A stretch of DNA of 64,000 nt from contig NC_057753.1 of the NCBI RefSeq assembly GCF_004010195.1, positions 101,439-165,438 of the forward strand, read 5' to 3'. This stretch comes from Chiloscyllium plagiosum (Eukaryota). Position 1 is the first letter of the stretch, and the number at the start of each line of letters is the position of its first letter. Of this stretch, positions 50,763 to 63,601 are shown piece after piece. The position numbers were made by a program, and so were the translations under genes. Under the pieces are notes generated by a model that was not told the DNA's origin, did not search any database, and saw nothing but the letters and a program-made list of their open reading frames with translations.

Positions 50763-53079
50763 CCAAATGGGTCACAATATTATCTCATCATAAGTAGAGC
50801 GTTTGTTAACAGAGAAACAGTATTTGAATGGAAAGGATAAATTTAACTTGATATAGTTCATAAAACAAAGACAGGATTCCAGTTCCACAACTCTGTGTTT
50901 CCCGTGGGCGAGGGGATAAAGGGTTTTATGCTCAGATATTGGACAGAGGAGCAAGTTTCAGTGAAAGTGAAACCCTGTGCTTTGTTCGGACTCAAACTGC
51001 GTGGTTGGGAGGAGGGAGTTTTGCAAAGTGTCCTCAGCTGGAGGGCTGCGCAGTGCGGGTTCTCTGTCTGGAAGTGAATGCAGGGAGAGTGCAGACTGTG
51101 GAAGGTTTTGCTCTGTGTCCGCCTCTTTCTGATGGACAATGACACGTTTTTGCTCCTACAGTTTGTAACATTTATTTGTCTCGTTCAAAGGATGACCCTC
51201 CTCGTGTTCACCAGTACAATTTTGTTGTTTTTAAAGGAATATAATTTTATTAAACGCTAAATCAACACAAGACAATAGCATGTCTGGTATCCTATAATGT
51301 GTATCTGACTTTTACTTAAGGTTCTCTCATTTTCGTTTTCAATTATTTCTGGTCTTCTGCACAAGTTGCATTTTGGGAAAGCAAATCTTAGCAGGACTTA
51401 TACACTTAATGGTAAAGTCCTAGGGAGTGTTGCTGCACAAAGAGACCTTGGAGTGCAGGTTCATAGCTCCTTGAAAGTGGAGTCGCAGGTAGATTGGATA
51501 GTGAAGAAGGCATTTGGTCTGCTTTCCTTCATTGGTCAGGGTATTGAGTACAGGAGTTAGGAGATTGCGGCTGTACAGGACATTGGTTAGGCCACTGTTG
51601 GAATATCGATAAAAGAGACCTAAGGGGCAACTTTTTCACGCAGAGAGTGGTACGTGAATGGAATGAGCTGCCAGAGGATGTGGTGGAGGCTGGTACAATT
51701 GCAACATTTAAGAGGCATTTGGATGGGTACATGAACATGAAGGGTTTGGAGGGATATGGGTCGGGTGCTGGCAGGTGGGACTAGATTGGGCTGGGATATC
51801 TGGTCGGCATGGACAGGTTGGACCAAAGGGCCTGTTTCCGTGCTGTATACCTCTATGACTGTATTTCCAGTGATGGAGTTTAATCAACAACTCGAATCCA
51901 TCCTAACTCCGCAGGACTCTCCAGTTATCCCCAATGTATCTCCCCATAACCCTGCAATTCTCTCAAGTATTCATCCAATTTTATTTTGTTACCAATGATT
52001 GTCTTTGCTTTCACTTAGCTCACAGGGAGTTCCACGACCACCCTACGGAAAAGGCATCTTTCTCTGCCCCTCATGATTTTATAAGGCCAATTCTCAACCT
52101 CCTGCGTTCCAGTGAAAATAAAGTCCCAGCCTATCCCCATAACTCAATCCCCCATTCCTGGCAGCATCCTGATAAATTTCTTCTCCAGCATAATAATATC
52201 CTTCCTATAACAGGGTGACAAGAGCTGGACACAGTAGCCCAGAAGAGGCCTCATCAATGACCTATACAACTGCAACATGCAAAGGTCTGAGCAATGAAAG
52301 TGAGCATGCTAAATGTCTTCTTAACCATCCTGACAATATGTGATGCAAACTTCAAAGGATTATGTACCTGAACCCCGAGGTGTCTCTGTTCTATAACACT
52401 ACCAAAGACCCTACTTTTAATTATATAAGTCCTGCCCTTGTTTATTTTACAAAAAGTGCAATACCTTAGATTTATCCAAATTCAACTCCATCCGCCATTC
52501 TCCAGCCCATTGACCCAATTGATCAAGATCTCTCTGTAATCTTAGATAACCTCCCTCACTGTCCACTACACCAGCAATCTTAGTGTCATCCACAAACTTA
52601 CTAACCATGCTTTTATCAACAAATAATTCAGGATATAGTGTTTGGATTTTCAAAAAGCATTCAAAATGATGTCAAACACCAAGTTATTGTTCAAAATTGA
52701 GAGTCTGTATTTATTCAGAATTTAGAGGCTTGCTGAAAAGAGACACGTTTTATGAAAAATTTTCACCTTGTATGCATCAGTGCATTTGCAAGGTTATCAA
52801 TGTAAAGGGAAACATGATTTTATATTGGATGAGAAGTGAGTGCGAATTGATTAACAAGTGGATTGGTAGAGACACTGCCATGGAGAATGCACCAGTTCAA
52901 TGATGACTGACAACTTAACTGTCCAGCATTGTTTATACCAGGCTGCTGTACAAATGTGTGCACTGGAAGGTGCAGATATGAAGACATATAGTTTATGAAT
53001 TGCATTTTTAGAGAGAAAGAACATGTACACACATTACTCTTGTTTCAATTTAACAACTTTTCTATTGTTCAGTCATCAA

Positions 53080-53275
53080 GGGACAATACTGGCCAGAACT
53101 CCCCTGCTCTTCTGGGAAATGATGGCTTTGAAAATCTTTTAAGTCCCCTAGAGAGGGGCCAACCAATTAGTGTCTGATCCAAGAAATGGTCGCTCCTCTT
53201 TCTATTTTCAGACCTCTGGAGTGGGTTTTGAATCCCCAGTCTTCTGACTCACAGCTGAGAGTGGTTATTTGTAAC
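53080..53275 (-). mobile_element. Old tRNA-derived SINE, Deu-domain (SacSINE1/AmnSINE-like) remnant
   Basis: ctcccctgctcttc...atcttttaagtcc motif and a degenerate B-box region; recognised from memory of the family. Confidence 0.45.
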
Positions 53276-54469
53276 CGATGCAACCATTGAAATAACTGTA
53301 CGTTTCTGTGTCAGCTGCATGCCGTCCCAATTTGGAATTATTTTCCTCCACTGTGTCACTGTGTCAAAATTCCAGAAATCTCTTACTGTGACAGCATCAT
53401 GGGTGTACCTACACCAAGGACTGCAGTGGTCAAAGAATGCAGCTCACCACCACATTTTCCAGGGCAATTCGGGGTGGGCAATGAATTCTGGTGTCGGAAA
53501 TGGCCTCCACGCCCCATCAACAACTGAAATAAAAACTCTTTTTCATTTCCCCTCTGGCTTTTATGCCATGCCATGATCTGAGCTGAATATAACACTGGGC
53601 AAGCCTGAATCCACAGTGAGACCTGAATTGATAGGTCGTATGTTTCATTTTACAATCTGCTTACTGTAGCAATCAAACCCTGTAGAAGTTCTCTGGATGC
53701 TGCCAACGTAATTTCAACAATGAACAACTCTTATCACCCATAACAGAAAAAAATAATTATGTCCCCCTGATACAAGAAACACTGAAACAGTCTTACTGTA
53801 AATATCAGAAATGTAGAATCAACCTTTGTCCTGTCAGTAACAAACTTGCAGATACTATTATAGACCAGACTAGACCCCCTCAAAGTATACTGAGCAGGTA
53901 AGCCTAGAACCTTGCTTTTTCTTATTTCTAAGGTAAATGCGAGGCACTGTGTTCCAGTTGCAATCTGATTGATCATACTACTCGACATTAAGCAAAACAA
54001 TTTATTTAAACACAATAGCTAAATCCTTACGCTTGAGGTTAACAAACTGTTTTGTGCTAATTTGGTGTTACAAACAAATCCAGTGACTACCTGTATGTCA
54101 CAGAGTCATAGAGATGTACAGCACAGGAACCAGACTCTGATCCAACTTGTCCATGTCGACCTAAATTAATCTAGTCCCATTTGCCAGCACTTTGCCCGTA
54201 TCCTATTTACATAACCCATCCAGATGCCTTTTAAATGTTGCAATTGTACCAGCCTCCACCACATCCTCTGGCAGCTCATTCCATACACTCACCAGTCTCT
54301 GTGTGAAAAAGTTGCCCCTTTGGTCTCTTTTAAACTTTCCCCTCTCACACTAAACCTATGCCCTCTAGTTTTGGACTCCCCCCACCCCTGGGAAAAGACT
54401 TTGCCTATTTACCCTATCCAAGCCCCTCATGATTTTATAAACCTCTATAAGATTACTTTGCGTCAAGTT

Positions 54470-54879
54470 CACTATGCGCCAATCCCCGCAGTTCTTGAGT
54501 CCTGGGTGTTTGCCGATGGGGGGGGGCGAGGCCAGTAATGGCGACTGGAACTCCCACAAGGCCGCGCGCCACAGAAACCATTTGATCATTCGACCAGAGC
54601 ACTGTCCCGGGAGAGCGCATATGTCGCAGAGGCGAACAAACCGCGCATGCTTTCCCGCTGACCAATACGATAGTGCGCCAGGGTCCATTGTTCGCTCGGT
54701 GGAGGAGTTGACCAATGGAACTGGCCCCCCTGCCAAACAGAACCCCCCCCCCCCCCCCTATTGTCTGAATGCGGATGTTGGACCATGAGCTCCTGAAGAT
54801 GCCGCCTTCTCTGTCTCTCTGAATGGAGGTTGAGCTTTACCCCAGACTGCAACTTCCTTCCACTGTCCAACAAGTGAGT
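54470..54879 (+). promoter_or_regulatory. Promoter / first exon of gene C, cassette copy 3
   Basis: CpG-rich; ZNF143/SBS-like ACTGGAACTCCCACAAGGCCGCGC (54544-54567), CGCGCATGC, CCAAT at 54662 and 54712; 3' half homologous to copies 1 and 2; donor GTGAGT at 54874. Confidence 0.72.
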
Positions 54880-56011
54880 GCAACACCCTCTTTCCCATTT
54901 CTCTTGCTGACACTCAATTAGATTGGGTGGCACCAGCCTAAGTGAATTGAATCCAGGGAGGAGACAGACTCTGGAAAGGTTGGTCCAAGACTTTCTTTCG
55001 TGCTTACAGGGATTAATAGCCTTTTCTGTGTGTGTGTGTGTGTCTCTGTCTCTTTCTCTCTCTCTCTCTGCCTCTGTCCGTCTCTGTGTCTCTCTCTCGA
55101 CTTGAAACATTAACTCTTTTTTTTCTTCCCGAAGATGCTGCCAGACCTGCTGAGTTTCATTGGCAATTTCTTTTTGTTATTATCTGGTCCATGTGCATTA
55201 CATGCTTGTTGTAATAATGCATCTTCTCGATCATACTCTTATTTCAGTTTTTTGCTGTATTATATATTTCAGTGATGTGTTTTACAGTACAGAAAGCGTC
55301 CATTCTGAAGCTCGTGTCCATATTGACTCTTTATGCAGAAACAGTCAGTCCCATTTGCCCTTGATATTCCCGTAGCCCACCTATTTTTTGTCAAGTGCCA
55401 ACCTGGTTTCCACTTTATAATTATTAATGGCCTTTGTGTCCACCATCCTCATGGGAAAACAGTTTCAGGTCATGATCACTCACTCATTGCAGCAAGTGCA
55501 GACTGCAGACGCTGGAGAGTCAGAGTTGAGAGGTGCGGCGCTGAAAAAGCGCAGCGGGTCAGACAGCATCCGAGGGGCAGGAGAGTCGATGTTTCGGGCA
55601 TAAGCCACATTTCTGATGAAGAGCTTATGCCCAAAACATCCACTCTCCTGCTCCTCGGATGCTGTCTGACCTGCTGTGTTTTTCCAGCACCTCACTAATA
55701 AAGTACTCTGTATAATTGAGTTTTACACGAGACCGTAAACATAGGTGAGCAGCCTGTAGGATTATTTACAGGCATCTGCATTGAAGGCAGGAAGAAGCTT
55801 ATAGGTTCTGTCAATAGGATGACTTGGCACTTCGAGAAAAATGGACAGGGTGTTTATTATGTACAGCAAACTGAGAATGGAGGGAGAGTGAGTGTAATGG
55901 ATATTTACAGCTCTTTATGGAATGATAGAACGATCCACAGAAGCTAGAATTGTCTGTTCTCAATGTCTATTCTTTCCTGACAATGATAACTTTTGTAAAC
56001 TCCATTTGCAG
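54874..56011 (+). other. Predicted intron 1 of gene C
   Basis: GTGAGT donor and ccatttgcag acceptor, followed by sequence homologous to the start of gene B exon 2. Confidence 0.6.
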
Positions 56012-56337
56012 GATATCTGAAGGAGAGGATTTGCAGATGGAACTCTCAAACCAAATGCAACATCTCGATTCATCAGGACCTGAATAGCTTCCGCCTTTGA
56101 ATTGAGGAGGAGAAATGTTTGCTTGTTCTGAGCAGCTGGGTAACTGGGAAAGCACTGAAACAAACACACAAGTGGGTGCGTTCCAGTGCCCTGACTGTGG
56201 GGAGAGCTTTAATCAGTTGCTCATTCTGAAAACATTGCAACACTGTTCACCTCAGGGAGAGATTGTGCAGAGGTTCTGTGCATGGATGACTTTGTGACTG
56301 ATCATCAAGCCTAGAGATACACAAGGACGCCCACGCC

Positions 56338-57012
56338 ATGGAGAAACCGTGGAAGTGTTGGGACTGCGGGAAGGGGTTCAGTTTCTCGTCTGCGTTGGAA
56401 ACGCATCGTAACGTTCACACCGGCGAGAGGCCGTTCACCTGCTCCATGTGCGGGAAGGGCTTCACTCAGTCCTCCAGCCTGCTGAAACACCAGCGGGTCC
56501 ACACCGGGGAGCGGCCGTTCAGCTGCTCCGAGTGCGGGAAGGGCTTCTCTCAGTCGTCCAACCTGCTGCGGCACCAGCAGGTCCACACCGGGGAGAGGCC
56601 GTTCGCCTGCTCCGAGTGCGGCAAGGCCTTCACTCAGGCCTCCAACCTGCTGCGGCACCAGCGCGACCACACCGGGGAGAGGCCGTTCGCCTGCTCCGAG
56701 TGCGGCAAGGCCTTCGCCCAGTCAGCTCACCTGCTCAACCACAGGAGGGTGCACACCGGTGAGAGGCCGTTCAGCTGCGCCGTCTGCGGGAAGACCTTCA
56801 CTCAGGCCTCCAACCTGCTCATGCACCGGCGGGCCCACGCCGGGGAGAGGCCGTTCACCTGCTCCGAGTGCGGGAAGGCCTTCAATGATTCGTCCACCCT
56901 GCTGAGGCACCAGAGGGTTCACACGGGCGAGAAACCGTTCACCTGCCCTCGCTGTGGGAAAGCATTCATTCATTCATCTAACCTACTGAGACACCAGCGA
57001 GGACACAAGTGA
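56338..57012 (+). CDS. C2H2 zinc-finger protein (gene C), 224 aa, 8 tandem fingers
   Basis: ORF MEKPWKC... with eight intact fingers; Kozak gccATGg. Confidence 0.93.
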   Translation: MEKPWKCWDCGKGFSFSSALETHRNVHTGERPFTCSMCGKGFTQSSSLLKHQRVHTGERPFSCSECGKGFSQSSNLLRHQQVHTGERPFACSECGKAFTQASNLLRHQRDHTGERPFACSECGKAFAQSAHLLNHRRVHTGERPFSCAVCGKTFTQASNLLMHRRAHAGERPFTCSECGKAFNDSSTLLRHQRVHTGEKPFTCPRCGKAFIHSSNLLRHQRGHK

Positions 57013-57184
57013 AGACTTGGAGGAAGGGGGTGGGCTTGGATCCTGCTGCTGTGAGTCGCCCTCGGGCCTGAGTCGGGTTCACTCAGACAATGGCTGGAGT
57101 GGGAGGGTTCCTTTCTCCTGCACAGACCCCTCTCTCCCACTTGGATTCCAGCGCGGCCGGTGCTCAAGCGATGGTAGGACCCCC

Positions 57185-57895
57185 ACCGCTTGGAAGCAGG
57201 CCATTCAGCCCGATGAGGCCACGCCGACCCTCCAAAGAGCATCCCACCCAGACCCAAACCTTCCCCCCCCGTCCCTGACCCTGTGACACTGCATTTCTCA
57301 CAGCTAACCCGCCCAGCCTGCACATCCCAGGGCACTATGGGACAATTTAGCATGGCCAATCCACCCGAACCTGCACATCCCAGGGCACTATGGGACAATT
57401 TAACACGGCCAATCCACCCTAACCTGCACATCCCAGGGCACTGTGGGTAATTTAGCACAGCCCATCCACCCTAACCTGCACATCCCGCGGCACTGTGGGT
57501 CATTTAGCACAGCCCATCCACCATAACCTGTACACCCCGGACACTGTGGGTAAATTAGCATGGCCAATCCACCCTAATCTGCACATCCCTGGGCACTGTG
57601 GATAATTTAGCATGGCCAATCCACCCTAATCTGCACATCCCTCGGCACTGTGGGTAATTTAGCATGGCCAATCCACCCTAACCTGCACATCCCTGGGCAC
57701 TGTGGGTAAATTAGCATGGCCAATCCACCCTAACCTGCACATCGTTAGACTGTCAGAGGAAACCCTCGTAGACACAGGTTGGGGGGGGGGGGGGGGTGAC
57801 TGTCTGTGTGGCGTTTGCGCAGTCACCTCGAGGGTCGAATCGAACCCAGGTCCCTGCCGCTGTGAGGCAACAGCGCTAACCACGGAGCCACCTTT
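57185..57895 (-). mobile_element. V-SINE with about 8 tandem 52-bp units, in the probable 3' UTR of gene C
   Basis: Array at 57316-57742; AATAAA at about 58007 and 58037 downstream. Confidence 0.85.
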
Positions 57896-59309
57896 GCGCC
57901 CAGGCCTACACATTTCCACTGAAATGATCCACAGAAGCTGAGGCAGGAGATTTATTTAATCTTGGACGGGGAATAGCATTTTCCCAACCTCAGGAAGTGG
58001 GACTAAAATAAATGTATTTGCACAATTCGAATCCAGAATAAATATGGATTGGGGCTTGGGATAAATAATACTCGGAACTCTCCGCAGGCTGGGAGTGGGG
58101 TAAACAGACAGCTGGCAAATCTTTAACGTCTACGTTTCTTGTTCACGATGAGTGACCCAGGAATGAAAGGCTTAACGTATGAGAAACATTTGAGGGTTAT
58201 CCACGATGGGGTTCGGAAGGTTGAGGGCTGATCTAATTGAAACCGACAGAATACTGAATGGCCAGGACAGAGTGGACGCTGGGACGATGTTTCCCTTAGG
58301 ACCCGAGGGCACAGCCTGAGAGTAAAGGGAAGACCTTTTAGAATGGAGATAAGGAGAAACGTCTTCAGCCAGACAGTGGGGAATCTATGGAATTCACTGC
58401 CACGGAAGGCTGGGGAGGCCAGGTCACTGAGGATATTTAAGACGGAGATAGATAGGTTCTTGAGTATCAAGGGGATCAAGGGCTATGGGGAGATAGCAGG
58501 AGAATGGGGTTGAGAAACTCATCAGCCACGATTGAATGACAGAGCAGACCCGATGGGCCGAGTGGCCTAAGTTCCGCTCCTGTGTCCAATGGTTTGGATC
58601 TGTTCCTCGATGCTCAGGTACCTGTGCAACTGAGAACTCGTGACGCTCGATCCAGGAGAAAAACCCACCTCCGTCTGACCCCGAACAGGAAACTGAAACC
58701 GAACTGGAAACTGACAGAGTGAAATTAAATGAGAGTCAGAGAGAGAGAGAACTGCTCCCCTTCAGGGTGTGGGCTGTTTGATTCCAAGGGAAATCCCCTG
58801 CACAGGGACCTTTTCCTGTTGATGAGCAAACCTCGATTCAGACCCGTCCACCGATTGCTGTTTAATAAATTCACTTTGGGTCAGGCGCGATGTGATAAAG
58901 ACAAGGACATAGCCAGGGTTGGAGGGTTTGAGCTAGAGGGAGAGGCTGAATAGGCCGGGACTGTTTTAATAGACTCCCTACAGTGTGGAAACAGGCCCTT
59001 TGGCCCAACAAGTCCACACCGACCCTCCAAAGAGTAGCCCACCCAGACCCAATCCCCCCCACCCCTATTACTCTACATTTACCCCTGATTAATGCACCTA
59101 ACTTATACATCCCTGAACACTATGGGGCAATTTAGCACAGCCAACTCTCCCTAACCTGCGCACCTTTGGACTGTGGAAGGAAACCGCAGCACCTGGAGGT
59201 AACCCGCACAGATGCGAGGAGGCGGGGGTGGGGGACAATGTGGCTGGAATTGAACCCGGGTTCCTGGCACTGTGAGACAGCAGTGCTAACCACTGAGCCA
59301 CTGTGTCAC

Positions 59310-62300
59310 TTTCCCTGGAGGGTTGGAGGCTGAGGGGTGATCTTATAGTGGTTTATAAAAATCATGAGGGGAATGGATAAGGTAAATAGGCAAGGTCTTT
59401 TCCCTGGGGGTGGGGGAGTCCAGAACTAGAGGGCATAGGTTGAGGGTGAGAGGGGAAAGGGACCAAAGGGGCAACTTTTCACGCAGAGGGTGGTGTGTGT
59501 ATGGAATGAGCTGCCAGAGGAAGTGGTGGAGGCTGGTACAATTGCAACATTTAAGAGGCATTTGGATGGGTATATGAATAGGAAGGGTTTGGAGGGATAT
59601 GGGCCGGGTGCTGGCAGGTGGGACTAGATTGGGTTGGGATATCTGGTCGGCATGGACGGGTTGGACTGAAGGGTCAGTTTCCATGCTGTACATCTCTATG
59701 ACTCAAAGTGCAGAAATCTCTGGATAGTTAAATTGAAAAGTTTTAAGTTTGCTGAAGGTGAAAGGTTTCCTGACAAACATTAAGGCTACAACATTCCCAG
59801 CTCTCTGCGGGGGATCAGTCCAGCCGAGTATAACCCTCTCCGGCAGCTCCAATGGCTGCAGTTCTGGTGGATTTCCGCACCAAGTGCCTCACTCCTTCTG
59901 TGAGAGTCATCCGCTCGGAGCCTCTGATCCTCGAATGAGGAAGTCCTTCAGAACATCAATGTCTATCCCCAAAGTGACCATGACCTCCTGTCCCAGGGGC
60001 CTGGAAATATTGCGTGCAATTCTGGTCTCCTTCCTATCGGAAAGATGTTGTGAAACTTGAAAGGGTTCGAAAGATATAAAAGAGACCTAAGGAGCAACAT
60101 TTTCACGCAGAGGGTGGTACGTGTATGGAATGAGCTGCCAGAGGAAGTGGCGGAGGCTGGTACAATTGCAACATTTAAGAGGCATCTGGATGGGGATATG
60201 AGTAGGAAGGGTTTGGAGGGATATGGAGGAAGTGGGGACCGCAGATGCTGGAGATCAGAGTTGAGAGTGTCGTGCTGCAGGTCAGGCAGCATCCGAGGAG
60301 CAGGAGAGTCGATGTTTCGGGCATAAGCCCTTCATCAGGAAATGAGGGATATGGGTTTAGCTCAGGGTGGTGCTGGAAAAGCACAGCAGGTCAGGCAGCA
60401 TCCAAGGAGCAGGAAAATCGACGTTTCGGGCAAAAGCCCTTCATCAGGAATAGAGGCAGGAAGCCTCTGGGGTGGAGAGATAAAATGAGGGATATGGGCC
60501 AATGCAGGCAAATGGGATTGCATTAGGTTGGGATATCTGGTCGGCATGGACAGGTTGGACCGAAGGGTCTGTTTCCATGCTGTACATCTCTATGACTCTG
60601 GTTGGTTACCAGATTAATTTAACTGGATCTGAAAATGTGTTGCTGGAAAAGCACAGCAGGTCAGGCAGCATCCGGGGAACAGGAGAATCAACGTTTCGGG
60701 CATAAACCCTTCTTCTTCGGGCTTATGCCCAAAACGTCGATTCTCTTGTTCCCTGGATGCTGCCTGACCTGCTGCGCTTTTCCAGCAACACATTTTCAGC
60801 TCTGATCTCCAGCATCTGCAGACCTCACTTTCTCCCCGAATTTAACTGGATGCCTAGTTACTTGGACTGGGGTCTCTTTTTATCTCCGATTGGAATACAG
60901 CCAATCTGCTTCGGACAATCCCTTTATCTGATTCTATACAAAGCTTTATTTAGGCAGTTTCAAATGTCAAGGCCTACTGAGGGTCGTAGAGTCGTACACC
61001 ACAGAAACTGACCCTTCAGTCATCTCGTCCGTGCTGACCAGATATCCTAAATTAATCTCGTCCTGTTTGCCAGCACCCGGCCCATATCCCTCCAAACCTT
61101 TCCTATTCATATCCCTCTTAAATGCATCTTAAATGTTGCAATTGTACCAGCCTCCACCACTTCCTCTGGCAGCTCATTCCATACACGTACCACCCTCTGT
61201 GTGAAAAAGTTTCCCTATAGGTCCCTTTTATATCTTCCACCTCTCACCCTAACCCTATGCCCTCTAGTTCTGGACTCCCCCACCCCAGGGAATAGACTTT
61301 GTCTATTTATCCTATCCATGCCCCTCATCATTTTGTAAACCTCAATAAGGTCATCCCTCAGCCTCCGACGCTCCGGGGAAAACAGCCCCAGCCGATTCAA
61401 CCTCTCCCTAAAGCTCAAACCGTCCAACCCTGGCAACATCCTTGTAAATCTTTTCTGGACCCTTTTAAGTTTCACAACATCCTTCCCAGAGGTGGGAGTC
61501 CAGAATTGCACACAATATTTCCAGGCCCCTGGGACAGGAGGTCATGGTCACTTTGGGGATCGACATTGATGTTCTGAAGGACTTCCTCATTCGAGGATCA
61601 GAGGCTCCTGAGGCCAGGCTCCGAGCGGATGACTCTCACAGACGGAGTGAGGCACTTGGTGCGGAAATCCACCAGAACTGCAGCCATTGGAGCTGCCGGA
61701 GAGGGTTTAAACTAGGCTGGACTGATCCCCCGCAGAGAGCTGGGAAAGTCGTAGCCTTAATGTTTGTCAGCAAGTGGTCCCTTTTAAATCTCTCCCCTCT
61801 CACCTTAAACCCCTCTAGTCCTGGACTCCCCCACTGTGGAGGGGAAAAGACCTTGGCTATTCCCCCTATCCGTGCCCCTCATGATTTTATCATGTGGTCA
61901 CCCCTCAGCCTCCGACGCTCCAGTGAAAACAGGCCCAGCCTTTCCCTTGAACTCAAACCTCCAGTCCCCATTTGTCTTAATCGCACATCATTCGTGTACA
62001 CATTTCTGCAGCAAATAAAACTCAGTGTTTCCGATATGCCAACTGACCCATATTTGAGTGATTGATTGCCACTGCTTGACTGGTAAGTAATAACCTTTTA
62101 ATGCATTTGGTTAACACAGGGTAATAGTGGTTCAGAAGACAGCTTATTTAATCTGAGCGAGATTCACAAGCAGTCAGCCTTATGTTTGAGCGTACAGAAA
62201 CCCGGCAGGTCTGGCAGCATCTGTGGAGAGAGAAAGCAAGAGGCCGTGAGCTGCCTCCAGACCTGAAAGCAGTCCGGGAAAGGACCTGCAGTTCCGAAGA

Positions 62301-63600
62301 AAGGATTTGAGACATTAACTCTGTTTCTGTCTTCACAGTTGCTGCCAGACCTGCTGTGTTTCTCCAGCATTGTCTGCTTTTCGTTTCATTTCAGATTGCG
62401 AGCCCCTGCAGTTCTTCGTTTTGTTGTACTGTCATAAAAGTTCATCACTGAACCATCATTCTTTTGTCTGACTGGCTTTTGACTTGAACTGTGCAAGGAA
62501 CTGTACATTAGAGTTTAACATGGTTTCCTGCTCCCGTTTCTTATCAGAATGAGAGGGCGATCTTCTGTTGTGAAACTTGAAAGGGTTCAGAAAAGATTTA
62601 CAAGGATGTTGCCAGGGTTGGAGGGTTTGAGCTACAGGGAGAGGCTGAATAGGCTGGGGCTGTTTTCCCTGGAGCGTTGGAGGCTGAGGGGTGACCTTAT
62701 AGAGGTTTGCAAAACTATGAGGGGCATAGATAGAATAAATAGGCAAAGTCTATAGGGTGGGAGAGTACAGAACTAAAGGGCATAGGTTTAGGGTGAGAGA
62801 GGAAAGATATAAAAGGGACCTATAGGGAAACTTTAAAGGGACCTATAGGCTGAACAGGCTGGGGCTGTATTCCCTGGAGCGTCGGAGGCTGAGGGGTGAC
62901 CTTAAATACGCTTTTTAAATCATGAGGGGCATGGATAGGATAATTAGGCAAAATCTCTGGGATCGTGGAATCCAGAACTAGAGGGCATAGGTTTAGGGTG
63001 ATGGGGAAAAGATATAAAAAGAGAGCTAAGGGGCAACTTTTTCACACAGAGGGTGGTACGTGTATGGAATGAGCTGCCTGAGGAAGTGGGGGAGGCTGGT
63101 ACAATTGCAACATTTAAGAGGCATTTGGATGGGTATATGAATAGGAAGGGTTTGGAGGGATATGGGCCGGGTGCTGGCAGGTGGGAGTAGATTGGGTTGG
63201 GATATCTGGTCAGCAGGGACGGGTTGGACCGAAGGGTCTGTTTCCGTGCTGTACATCTCTATGACTCTGTCGAATTACGATGGGAATCGATAAGATAGAA
63301 GTGGGGAGGTCGTTCCTACAGGCGGTTGAAACTAGAACAAGGAGGATCAGATTTAGGACCGAGTTGAGGAGGGACCACACCCATGGGATTGTGGAATTCC
63401 CTGTCCAGTGAAGCAGTTGAGGCTACCACGTTGAATGTTTTTTGGGCAAAGATACATTTTTGAACATTAAAGGAATTAAGGGTTGTGGTGAGCGGGTCAG
63501 CCAATGGAGCGTAAGCCACAGAGATCAGCCATGATCTTATTGAGTGGTGGAGCAGGCTGGAGGGACCAGATGGCCTACTCTTGCTCCTAGTTCTTATGTT
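59310..63600. mobile_element. Cluster of CR1 3' fragments (59310-59704 +, 60003-60600 +, 60985-61520 -, 61775-61950 -, 62565-63270 +, 63280-63600 +) interleaved with PLE repeats
   Basis: Repeated KLERVQKRFTRMLPG...WNELPEEVVEAG motifs and tails. Confidence 0.8.
60628..60838. mobile_element. PLE family 1 fold-back insertion
   Basis: Inverted arms; duplicated flank aatttaactggat. Confidence 0.75.
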
Positions 63601-63601
63601 T

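Noticed and set aside
61544..62065. 173-aa ORF
   Set aside because: Non-recognisable first half fused to antisense CR1 sequence; no domain evidence.
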